A DNA stretch of 64,000 nucleotides from Flavobacteriales bacterium. GTDB taxonomy: Bacteria; Bacteroidota; Bacteroidia; Flavobacteriales_D; Crocinitomicaceae. Shown piece after piece: positions 40,307-49,062 of the stretch (position 1 is the first letter of the stretch; each line of letters opens with the position of its first letter). A program made the position numbers and the translations under genes. The stretch covers positions 89,121-153,120 of the forward strand of contig CANFRV010000001.1 in assembly GCA_947449575.1 (NCBI GenBank), in the 5' to 3' direction. The notes beneath the pieces are model-generated. The model was not told the DNA's origin. It saw only the letters and a program-made list of their open reading frames with translations, and searched no databases.

Positions 40307-40443
40307 AATTCAAAATCATTTACGAATTAGGACTTGCTGATTAAGTATAAAAATTCTAATACTATTTACAAAGAATTGTGCAATATTTTATAAAGGAATG
40401 TAAATCTTATGGTATTTCAGTATGTAAGAGGCTGTAAAATTGT

Positions 40444-41364
40444 TTATTCTCCCCAATTATCTAATTCTTCTTTGCTCCACAATTCTGGAAAGAAAATCCT
40501 TCTTTGATATTTGGGTAACATGTATTTTCTCCAATCACTTCCTCCTGTTGCCTCTACGACAACTCCTTTTGGTTGTAAATATTTTTCCGCCGCATAGTAA
40601 TGAGCCATTACCCAGGTAATATTTACGGTATGATCATAATGGCGCATTGCTTTAACTAATTCAGGGTTATTCCTGTCATTTTCTGGAAGTGTCTTAAATT
40701 TAGCATATAAGTTGGTAGTATTGTATTCTTCCATTTTTCCTAGAAACATTTTCTTGTACTTTTCTTCAAACAAGGTAATCAACGTATTCTTTTTCCCTGT
40801 TTTATGATCTTTACCAGCAGCTTGCCAATACAAATGTTCATAGGCATGTTCAAAAGGGGTGTTTCTATCTATGGTTGATCTAAATCGGAAATCTATTAAA
40901 TTAATCAAATCTGTTGACCCAAATTCAATTAGTCTATATTGTGCACTTTGAAATCCACTTGCAGGAGTTAAAGTATTTCTAAACTTTAAATATTGCTCAG
41001 TGTCCATTCCATCTTGCATTATTTTAAATGAAGATGATAACATATCAAAATAGCGACTAATTCTTGAAAGTTTCTCTGTGAAAAATTGAACCGTCACATC
41101 GTTAGAATCTGTTACCTGCTCCATTTCCCAAAGAATCATTTTAAAAAGTAATTCATTGATTTGATGATACATGATAAACACCATCTCATCTGGTAAAGTA
41201 GTTCTTTGTGTTTGAAGACCTAAAAGTGATTCTGTTTGGATGTAATCCCAGTATGTTATTGGTTTAGCCCATACTAATCCTTCCAAATGAGTGTCCGTAT
41301 TTTGATTAATCGCCACAAACTTTTCCTCAAGTCTTCTTAATAGATCCACTTTTGTTTCTTCCAT
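40444..41364 (-). CDS. kynA: Tryptophan 2,3-dioxygenase
   Basis: YWDYIQTESLLGLQ ... PDEMVFIMYHQINELLFKMILWE matches the TDO helical-core signature. The heme-ligand region is SGFQSAQYR. Confidence 0.78.
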   Translation of the reverse strand: MEETKVDLLRRLEEKFVAINQNTDTHLEGLVWAKPITYWDYIQTESLLGLQTQRTTLPDEMVFIMYHQINELLFKMILWEMEQVTDSNDVTVQFFTEKLSRISRYFDMLSSSFKIMQDGMDTEQYLKFRNTLTPASGFQSAQYRLIEFGSTDLINLIDFRFRSTIDRNTPFEHAYEHLYWQAAGKDHKTGKKNTLITLFEEKYKKMFLGKMEEYNTTNLYAKFKTLPENDRNNPELVKAMRHYDHTVNITWVMAHYYAAEKYLQPKGVVVEATGGSDWRKYMLPKYQRRIFFPELWSKEELDNWGE

Positions 41365-41788
41365 AATTCCTTTTTTCTAACTCCAAAGGTATCAATATTC
41401 CTTAATTTAAAAAAATCAAAAGCATCAATTTATTTTGGAAGTATTTTTATAAGCTACTTTTATCAATTCTGCTATTTTATTTTTAAGATCTGAAAAATTT
41501 ATTTCCATGCTTAAAAAAAAGGAAATGCAGATTTTTAAAAAATGATGAATAAATGGACAACGCAATTTATGATGCCATTTTATCCCTTATTTTCATTTCA
41601 GGTACTTACAGTACATTTTTCTTAATTGTAAATATGTAATAAATTGATAATTAATTATTTAATATTTTTATAAGGATAGTAATAAGGGGCGTTTGATGAT
41701 TTTTTCGTTTTAATTTACTTACATTTTCACTATTAAACAAAGGAATTTTGTATTTTAGTATCCTAAAAATATAAGTCATTCTATAAAT

Positions 41789-42703
41789 ATGCTTTCTTTA
41801 TTTTTTCGAAATATAATTCTTTTTGGATTCTTTCTTTTAATGAACCAATTTATTTATGCGCAATCTGATGTAGAAATAGATTCCTTGGATTCTATATCAA
41901 TTCCTTCAAAAAAAAATATTTCTATACCTGAATTTAAATTAATTAAACTTGACACGTTAAAGCTCGGTGAATTTGATGAGGTAGTTTCTGGTTCATATTG
42001 CGCTATGGGGATTCCCTATGTGTATGATGCGCTTCATTCCTTCAATTATCGTCGCGTTGATAGGTTTGGAGGATACATTAATGGGAAAGTAAATACAGCG
42101 CTTGAGAATATTCGAAAAAAAGGCTTTAAGTCGGATGTAAAACAACTATATATACAAATTGATCCACAAACATTGACGGTATATTGGTTTGCATTAGTCG
42201 GACCAAGTGCAGATGATAAGTGCTATGTCCGAATTGATAGCCGTGGATCAGCAGGTGGGGGTCTTGCAGCAATGGAAAAGCAATTGCCTTCGATGCATGC
42301 ATTGTATCCATCTCTTACAAGCGTAAAATTACTTGAATTTAATGAGAATGTGATTAAATGTTTTGATTGGAATGGTAATCCACTTAATTCTATTTGTAGT
42401 TCAATCAATATTTGTCAGCACTTTTATAAATATTACGATTCACAAGTGGACGTAACCGTTTCTATAGAAGAATACACTTTAAAAAATCCTTGCAGTAATG
42501 CATCAGAAGTAGTTTATGTCCCTGCAATTAAAAAAGCCAAACCCAAATCCAAACCTCAGCAGATAAAATATAAGGTCAAGTCTGGCGATAGTTTATCTGA
42601 GATTGCTGAAAAGTACCATACATCCGTTTCTCAAATAAAAAAAGCAAACGGACTTCGTTCAGATACTCTGCAAATAGGTAAAGTGTTGAAAATTCCTAAA
42701 TAA
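41789..42703 (+). CDS. Exported protein with an unknown Cys-containing N-terminal domain and a C-terminal LysM domain
   Basis: Signal peptide. LysM: YKVKSGDSLSEIAEKYHTSVSQIKKANGLRSDTLQIGKVLKIP. Confidence 0.75.
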   Translation: MLSLFFRNIILFGFFLLMNQFIYAQSDVEIDSLDSISIPSKKNISIPEFKLIKLDTLKLGEFDEVVSGSYCAMGIPYVYDALHSFNYRRVDRFGGYINGKVNTALENIRKKGFKSDVKQLYIQIDPQTLTVYWFALVGPSADDKCYVRIDSRGSAGGGLAAMEKQLPSMHALYPSLTSVKLLEFNENVIKCFDWNGNPLNSICSSINICQHFYKYYDSQVDVTVSIEEYTLKNPCSNASEVVYVPAIKKAKPKSKPQQIKYKVKSGDSLSEIAEKYHTSVSQIKKANGLRSDTLQIGKVLKIPK

Positions 42704-42838
42704 AAATAGGAATTTAATGTTTAGATATTAACTATTTAAAAAAAAACAATTGATTACATTTTTTTATATTTTAGTTGGTAAGATTTGCTGCTAAATGCAA
42801 GATTAAATTAAGTTCACAATAAAATTATACGATTAATA

Positions 42839-44188
42839 ATGAAATACTTTCTCCTACTTCTCATCTTTACTTGTGTAATACAAGTAAAAGCTCAGTATCA
42901 AATTGGTCACACTACAATTGATTTTGTAGATGTCAATCGCGCAAATAGAATTGTTTCATCAGAGATTTATTACCCAGCCTTGACTTCAGGTACAAACACA
43001 AGCGCAGCAGTAGGTCAATTTCCAGTTATTATTTTTGGTCATGGTTTTGCAATGTCATGGAGTGATTATCAAAATTATTGGGAAAGATATACTCCGAAAG
43101 GATATATTTTAGTTTTCCCTAAAACTGAATCTGCACTTCTATCCATAGATCATCAGCAATTTGGCTGGGACTTACAGTTTTTAGTAAATGAAATGCAACA
43201 GGAAGGTCAAAGAACAGGCTCAGTAATCTATCAGTCAGTCGCTTCAGAAACAGCATTAATGGGTCATTCTATGGGAGGTGGAGCGGCATTTTTAGCGGCA
43301 GATTCTTTATCTGTAAATGGGAATCTGAATTTCAAAACATTAATTGGTTTAGCACCCGCAGAGTCTAGTACAAACGGTGTTTCTTCCATTTCATCTGCAT
43401 CTATTGTTAGTAAACCATCCTTGATTTTTTCCGGAAGTGGGGATGGTGTTACACCTCCAATTGATCACCATATACCAATGTATAATGGGATAGCAGCCGA
43501 TTGTAAAGCCTTTGTAAATATAATTGGTGGAGGACATTGTTATTTTGCTCAATCTGATTTTATTTGCGATTTTGGAGAGGCGGGAACGATCAGTAATGTT
43601 GTGATAACAAGAGCACAGCAACAGCAAATAACCTATGATTTATTAGATAATTGGTTAGCGTTTTATTTAAAAAACCAATGTGATAATCGCAATCTTTTCA
43701 TGTCAGATATTTTGACTTTACCAGGAATTATTGGTCAGACAACATGTGTTGAAAGTGCTTTAGTAATAATTTCTGAAAGTGCAGGTAATTTAATTTCCTC
43801 AGTTACCAGTACTAGTTATCAATGGTTTTATGAAGGAAACCCAATCAGTGTTTCTAATAGCATTTCTATAACTCCCACTTTAACTGGTAATTATACGGTT
43901 CAGATTACCTATCCTGATGGTTGCACCAGGTTAAGTCCGGATTATTATTATCAGGTCTTGGGCATGGAGGAATTCACAAAGTATTATTCTATTTCCCCAA
44001 ATCCAACGGATGGAGTTATTACTATTAAAACAAATTCTCCAGAAAAAATAGCCGTTGAATTATTTGATGTTTTCGGAAAATTTATTTCTTTGATTGAAAC
44101 TTCAGATAAAATCGATATTAGTTACCTTCAAAACGGAATGTATTATTTATCAATAGGAGAAAAAAAACACCTAATAATTAAAATTTAA
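42839..44188 (+). CDS. Secreted alpha/beta hydrolase (dienelactone hydrolase/cutinase-PETase-like) with T9SS C-terminal sorting domain
   Basis: Signal peptide, nucleophile elbow GHSMGGG, candidate Asp (SGSGDGVTPP) and His (GGGHCYF). C-terminal ~80 aa Por/T9SS-type CTD (SISPNPTDGVITIKT...NGMYYLSIGEKKHLIIKI). Confidence 0.8.
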   Translation: MKYFLLLLIFTCVIQVKAQYQIGHTTIDFVDVNRANRIVSSEIYYPALTSGTNTSAAVGQFPVIIFGHGFAMSWSDYQNYWERYTPKGYILVFPKTESALLSIDHQQFGWDLQFLVNEMQQEGQRTGSVIYQSVASETALMGHSMGGGAAFLAADSLSVNGNLNFKTLIGLAPAESSTNGVSSISSASIVSKPSLIFSGSGDGVTPPIDHHIPMYNGIAADCKAFVNIIGGGHCYFAQSDFICDFGEAGTISNVVITRAQQQQITYDLLDNWLAFYLKNQCDNRNLFMSDILTLPGIIGQTTCVESALVIISESAGNLISSVTSTSYQWFYEGNPISVSNSISITPTLTGNYTVQITYPDGCTRLSPDYYYQVLGMEEFTKYYSISPNPTDGVITIKTNSPEKIAVELFDVFGKFISLIETSDKIDISYLQNGMYYLSIGEKKHLIIKI

Positions 44189-44433
44189 TAAGTGCTAGTA
44201 ACTTCATCATATTCTGGATTCGATTCTGAATCTCTAGAATAAAAAAAAAGAAGTCAGCATTATATTTATTTAGATGTAAAATAGAAGTTCAACAAAGCTT
44301 TAATAGCGTTTTTTTTAGTGTTGAAATTTATTCATTTCATACATTTGTAAACGAATTTTTCTTTTCAATTCTTCCCATATTTTTATTGTTAGGATATTTA
44401 CGCCGAATCTCAGGTTATTAAATAAAAAATGAA

Positions 44434-44441
44434 TAAATTTG
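44434..44441 (+). promoter_or_regulatory. Candidate -7 promoter box (TAAATTTG) upstream of the L,D-transpeptidase gene
   Basis: Exact TAnnTTTG match 83 nt upstream of the ATG at 44524. Confidence 0.35.
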
Positions 44442-44523
44442 CAACAACTAATCATTAGTTTCACTAAAAGGATTCTAAAAAAAATAGATAATTACCAAAA
44501 TTACACCTTATTACTAAAAAAAA

Positions 44524-45840
44524 ATGAAGAAAATCATTGAATTATTATTCAACTTTTATACATTTCCACTTATTATCTCACTAGTTCTTTTTAATAGTTG
44601 TGCTGAAAAATCACAAAAAAAAATTGTAGTAAGAAAAAAGGTTGATGCAACTTCATATTGCTTGAAAATTGAAAGTGAAAATGAATTCTCCGCAAGCTTA
44701 TCTACAAGTGATTTATTTGATGAGAAACACGAGAAAATAAATCTACTAAAGTTTGATACGATTGATACAATTGGACGATCTTGGCATCTTCAAATTGAAT
44801 TACATTCCGATTTTAAATTAGATACAGTTTTAAATGTAAGAAATTTGCATGAATTTAAAAAAAAGGTAAATAAATGCTTTTTGAAGGTTCCTCACATTGC
44901 ACCAAAAAATGCAAACTACGTCTATGAAAACAATGCGTTTGAGCCTTTGGAGGCGGTCAATGGTAATCAATTAGATACTTCAAAACTAAATAAATTAATT
45001 TTCAATTCGATTTCTACAAACAGTGATCATTTATCAATCAATTATCAAAATGCATATTTAAAACCGAGGTACCATTTGTCTCATGAAAAATCTGCTGCTG
45101 GACTAAAAGAATTGAAAAAGTGTGTTGAGACTAAGATTATTTTTAAAATTAAAGATGAGGAAGTCACCATGGATAATTCGATATTTGGAAACTGGTTGAG
45201 TTTGGATACTGCCATGAAAACGAAAATAAATCAAACTAAAGCTGGATCCTTTTTTAGGTCTTTAGCCAAAAAGTATGATGAGATAATACCGAGCGTTTCT
45301 ATTACTTCATCGAAAGGCGAAGTGAAAACTATTAATGGTGGAGATATAGGAGTGCGAATTAATGTAAATAAAGAATCAAATAATCTCATAAGTGATTTGA
45401 GAAAAGGGGAAGAGATAAGTAGAGAACCATACTATAGCATGAAAGGATTACCTGAGGGTGTTTTTGATTCAAAGAAAAATTTTGTAGAGATTAGTTTGTC
45501 AGATCAAAAGTTGTGGTACTATAAAAATGGTGCTTTAATTATTGAAAGTGATATAGTTACTGGCTGTCCAAAACTAGGGCATAAAACTCCTTCTGGTGCC
45601 TTTTACGTAAAATATAAATCAACTAATACTACTTTAAAAGGTCCTGGCTACAGTGCTTTCGTGAGGTATTGGATGCCTTTCAATAATGGGATTGGATTGC
45701 ATGATGCGCAATGGAGAAAATCATTTGGTGGTTCAATATATGTAGGAACTGGATCCCATGGTTGCATTAATTTACCACTGAGCACTGCAAGTATCATTTA
45801 TCAAAATTTATCACCAGGAACTATTGTACTTTGCTATTAA
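44524..45840 (+). CDS. L,D-transpeptidase (YkuD domain) with large N-terminal domain
   Basis: C-terminal YkuD signature (GLHDAQWR ... GSHGCINLP). N-terminal signal/lipobox-like LVLFNSC. Confidence 0.8.
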   Translation: MKKIIELLFNFYTFPLIISLVLFNSCAEKSQKKIVVRKKVDATSYCLKIESENEFSASLSTSDLFDEKHEKINLLKFDTIDTIGRSWHLQIELHSDFKLDTVLNVRNLHEFKKKVNKCFLKVPHIAPKNANYVYENNAFEPLEAVNGNQLDTSKLNKLIFNSISTNSDHLSINYQNAYLKPRYHLSHEKSAAGLKELKKCVETKIIFKIKDEEVTMDNSIFGNWLSLDTAMKTKINQTKAGSFFRSLAKKYDEIIPSVSITSSKGEVKTINGGDIGVRINVNKESNNLISDLRKGEEISREPYYSMKGLPEGVFDSKKNFVEISLSDQKLWYYKNGALIIESDIVTGCPKLGHKTPSGAFYVKYKSTNTTLKGPGYSAFVRYWMPFNNGIGLHDAQWRKSFGGSIYVGTGSHGCINLPLSTASIIYQNLSPGTIVLCY

Positions 45841-45901
45841 AAAGAGGAAGTAGTTATTTAATGTAAATTTTTGTATGTTTACTAAATATTTTTTTTAATC
45901 T

Positions 45902-47689
45902 ATGTCTAAACACGTATCTCTATTTATTTTATTTATTGTCGTATCGTCCTCTATTTTTAGCCAAAAAACAATAGATGAATGGCTTAAGGAAAATAGCTAT
46001 TTGAATAAAGAATATTTTTTTGTAAAATCTGCTCCAATAGAGATAGATAAAAATCCAACTGAAACTATTCTTGAAGCAAGAAAAGTGACTTCCAAAAGTG
46101 ACGCAAAAGATAAACTCATAAAGGAATTGCAGGTAGGGATTTATTTTGTCCCCATAGATTTCTATACAACAGAGGTATATTATTCCTATCATGACGAGAA
46201 AGCTAAAACAATTCAAACTGCAGTGGTTATTAATAAATCTAAGATCAGTTCGTTTTTCATGAAAGATGTGGAAAGACAATATGAAGAGTTACAGTCTTCT
46301 CTAAAAGAAAATGATGATGCTAAAAGTTTTAAAACTGAACAACTAGAAGAAATTTTATCTAATGCAAAACAAACGAAGAAAAAGCTTTCCAACTTACAAT
46401 CTATCGCTTTTAAATTAAATCCAGATATTGATACTAAAGTTGCGTTTATGTGGTTAAATAGCATTGATAATCAGTTGAATAATTTGGGGAGTAAATTAGA
46501 TAACACCATTATTCTTAACCTAATAAAAAAAGCTGAATTTAAATTTACTGCAAATGATTTTATTGGTGCCTATAAAAACTACACAGAGCTTTTAGTTTTA
46601 TATCCAAACAATCAGACTGTGCTAAATGGCAAAGAAAAGTCATTTGAGAAAATTAAATCAACTTTTGAATATAAAATAGATAATTTTGTTCAATCAAATG
46701 ATTATAAATCAGCTATTTTGACACTTGATTCTCTTGTTAATTTAGATGTTGATTTGTATAAAATTTATCAGAGTAAAAAAGAGGACTATAAAATAAAGTA
46801 CTTTTATTCTACAGTAGAAAAAATCGAAAAACTTTTAACCTATCACAGCGTAAGCGTTGTTACTGTGAAAGACCTAATGAAAGAACTTGGAAATATCAAA
46901 AATGTAGATGAACAGAGGTACTTAAAAATAAAAGAAGAAACAGAAAGTCGTTTATTAGACTATGACTTAAAAATTTTAAAGTCTTATGTATACAATAAAG
47001 AATTTAAAACAGCCTTAAAATTTTTGCCTGAACTCAAGTATAATTATCCTAGAAATAAAGCAATAGAAAAAACTGAAAATAAAATTGATAGAAAAATTTA
47101 CACGAATTTTAAAAAGGAATTATTAAGTACAAGACCCAAAATTTATTCATTAGAACCATCCGTGTCCTTAATGACAAGTGAACGCGGAATTAATGATTTA
47201 ATGCAAGTTTCAGTAGATAATTTGTCAATGATGTATTCTCTTGGTATTTATCGTAGATTTAGCTTAAAACCTAAGAGATCGCAAAATCATTTTTCTTATT
47301 CTTCCCTTGGAGTGAAAATCGATTATTTGGATCCTACTACAATTATTAATCGCAATGATTCTCTGTATAATTTATCTGCTCCTAATAAATTTATTAATCC
47401 TCAAATCTCGCTAAGTTTGCGAAAAACATTGTATTTTGACGTAGGTTATGTGAAACGTATTGGGGTAAATGATTTTGGAGCAAAAGATTATTATAGCATG
47501 GGAGCAAGTATATTTATTCCAATTAGAGTGCTTAGTTTTGGGGTAACAGGAAAATACATTTCAGACTTTGTGAAGGGACATACTTTAATGCTAGGTGGAA
47601 GTATTAAAATAAATCTTGGCCTAATAAAAAAGTTTAAAAAAAATGAGAAGGAGGAAATACAAACTAAAATATTATTATTAAAACAGTAG
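45902..47689 (+). CDS. Exported hypothetical protein P1: N-terminal alpha/beta module, helical repeats, C-terminal beta-strand-rich region
   Basis: Signal peptide MSKHVSLFILFIVVSSSIFSQ. Repeated [ND]-[DY]-[FY]-x-x-A motifs (NDFIGAYKNY, NDYKSAILTL, KEFKTALKFL). The last ~170 aa show an alternating hydrophobic pattern. Confidence 0.7.
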   Translation: MSKHVSLFILFIVVSSSIFSQKTIDEWLKENSYLNKEYFFVKSAPIEIDKNPTETILEARKVTSKSDAKDKLIKELQVGIYFVPIDFYTTEVYYSYHDEKAKTIQTAVVINKSKISSFFMKDVERQYEELQSSLKENDDAKSFKTEQLEEILSNAKQTKKKLSNLQSIAFKLNPDIDTKVAFMWLNSIDNQLNNLGSKLDNTIILNLIKKAEFKFTANDFIGAYKNYTELLVLYPNNQTVLNGKEKSFEKIKSTFEYKIDNFVQSNDYKSAILTLDSLVNLDVDLYKIYQSKKEDYKIKYFYSTVEKIEKLLTYHSVSVVTVKDLMKELGNIKNVDEQRYLKIKEETESRLLDYDLKILKSYVYNKEFKTALKFLPELKYNYPRNKAIEKTENKIDRKIYTNFKKELLSTRPKIYSLEPSVSLMTSERGINDLMQVSVDNLSMMYSLGIYRRFSLKPKRSQNHFSYSSLGVKIDYLDPTTIINRNDSLYNLSAPNKFINPQISLSLRKTLYFDVGYVKRIGVNDFGAKDYYSMGASIFIPIRVLSFGVTGKYISDFVKGHTLMLGGSIKINLGLIKKFKKNEKEEIQTKILLLKQ

Positions 47690-47692
47690 ATT

Positions 47693-48166
47693 ATGAAAAT
47701 CAACAGAAATTTTGAAAAGTTATTTATTTTTATTGGACTAGTTTTTTCACTTCAATGTTGTTCGGTTGTAGAAAATTACCCCTCAAATGTACAGGTAGAA
47801 AGTAAAGAAGGTACTTTTAATTATTCAATGAAAGGAGCAGGATCAGGAAAATCGATCAAACTTAGTGTTGAAAATGCTGAAAAAAATATTTTTGAAGTAA
47901 TAATGTTTAGGGGAATTGTTGGTACAGATTTGCAAATTCCATTAGTAGATAATGAAGTTACATCAAGAGATCAAAATAAAAAATTTTACGATGTGTTCTT
48001 TGGTGATAAAATTTATAGAAATTTCATTACGTCTTCAGTAGAAAAATTATCCCCCTCTGAGAAAGTAAAAGGTGGTTTTAAAACATCTGTTAAGTTTTCA
48101 ATAAATTTAGCAGCTTTAAGAGTATATTTAGAGCAAAATAAAATTATAAGAACATTTGGATATTGA
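47693..48166 (+). CDS. Hypothetical lipoprotein P2
   Basis: Lipobox VFSLQC|C. Starts 3 nt after the P1 stop. No catalytic motif. Confidence 0.7.
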   Translation: MKINRNFEKLFIFIGLVFSLQCCSVVENYPSNVQVESKEGTFNYSMKGAGSGKSIKLSVENAEKNIFEVIMFRGIVGTDLQIPLVDNEVTSRDQNKKFYDVFFGDKIYRNFITSSVEKLSPSEKVKGGFKTSVKFSINLAALRVYLEQNKIIRTFGY

Positions 48167-48171
48167 AAATT

Positions 48172-49059
48172 ATGAAAAAAATATTTTTAATTGGTATTAC
48201 ATTTATTTCATTAAATGTGTTATCACAGATTCCAGCAACGTCTTCAAAAGGAGAAGTTACAGTATTAAAGCCTACAATTATGGTCATTCCATGGGTTGAT
48301 AACGATCAAGACATTAGAAGTGTATTGGAGTCCGATTTTAATAAGCGATATGCAGTTTCGATTATGTCAAAAAGTTTTGATGACAGAGGTTATACCACAA
48401 AAGATTTTTTAGAAGTGTTAAAGATTTGCGAAACTTCTCAAATGTTTAATAGTAATACTCAAAAATCGTTTAAAGAAGTTATCTTAGAGCAATCTGGGGC
48501 TGATATGGTTGTTTCTATAGATATGGAGACAATTCCTGGAGATGGAAATCAGGTGAGGGTAATTTTAACATTATTAGATAAACGAACTGGTGCAAAATTA
48601 GGTTCGGAGCAATCAGATAGTAAAAGATTGTATACTCAGGATATTGGAATGTTAACCAAAATGGCAATTGATAATGCCAAAGATTCATTTATGAGTTTAA
48701 TACAGACCAAATTCACAGAAATTGTGAATAATGGGATAGCCATTAAAGTAGAATTTAGAATATCAGCAAATAGCACGATTTCTTTTGATGATGAAACTGG
48801 TGGTCAAGGAGATTTGTTGTCTGAAGTTTTAATGGATTGGCTAAAAAAGAATTCTTTTAAGTCTTATGCAAAAAAAGGAGAAGGATCTACATCTAAATTT
48901 ATTAATTATGAAGACGTAAGAATCCCACTTAAGGATCAAGTAACTGGAAATAATTATGATATTCAAGAGTTTGGAAGATCATTAAGGAAATATATTTATT
49001 CATTAGGATTGAAACCAATCGTTGAATATGGCAGGGGTGTAATTATTTTAACATTTTAA
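48172..49059 (+). CDS. Exported hypothetical protein P3
   Basis: Signal peptide MKKIFLIGITFISLNVLSQ. The ATG lies 5 nt after the P2 stop. An alternative TTG at 48163 overlaps the P2 stop by 4 nt. Confidence 0.7.
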   Translation: MKKIFLIGITFISLNVLSQIPATSSKGEVTVLKPTIMVIPWVDNDQDIRSVLESDFNKRYAVSIMSKSFDDRGYTTKDFLEVLKICETSQMFNSNTQKSFKEVILEQSGADMVVSIDMETIPGDGNQVRVILTLLDKRTGAKLGSEQSDSKRLYTQDIGMLTKMAIDNAKDSFMSLIQTKFTEIVNNGIAIKVEFRISANSTISFDDETGGQGDLLSEVLMDWLKKNSFKSYAKKGEGSTSKFINYEDVRIPLKDQVTGNNYDIQEFGRSLRKYIYSLGLKPIVEYGRGVIILTF

Positions 49060-49062
49060 ACT

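Noticed and set aside
41365-41788. Possible small ORFs (12 aa at about 41508-41546; 27 aa at about 41543-41626) or an RNA gene in the 424-bp kynA/LysM divergent gap
   Set aside because: The peptides are very short, with no conservation evidence available and no convincing RNA secondary structure by eye. This is most simply two divergent promoters.
44205-44240. Imperfect palindrome ATTCTGGATTCGATTCTGAATCTCTAGAAT after the hydrolase gene, considered as an intrinsic terminator
   Set aside because: The stem is interrupted and is followed by an A-run rather than a T-run on the coding strand. It may still pause transcription but is not a canonical terminator.
45929-46464. 116-aa and 83-aa ORFs antisense to P1
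   Set aside because: They sit inside the longer signal-peptide-bearing + strand ORF. The composition (F/I/C/K-rich) looks like non-coding antisense translation.
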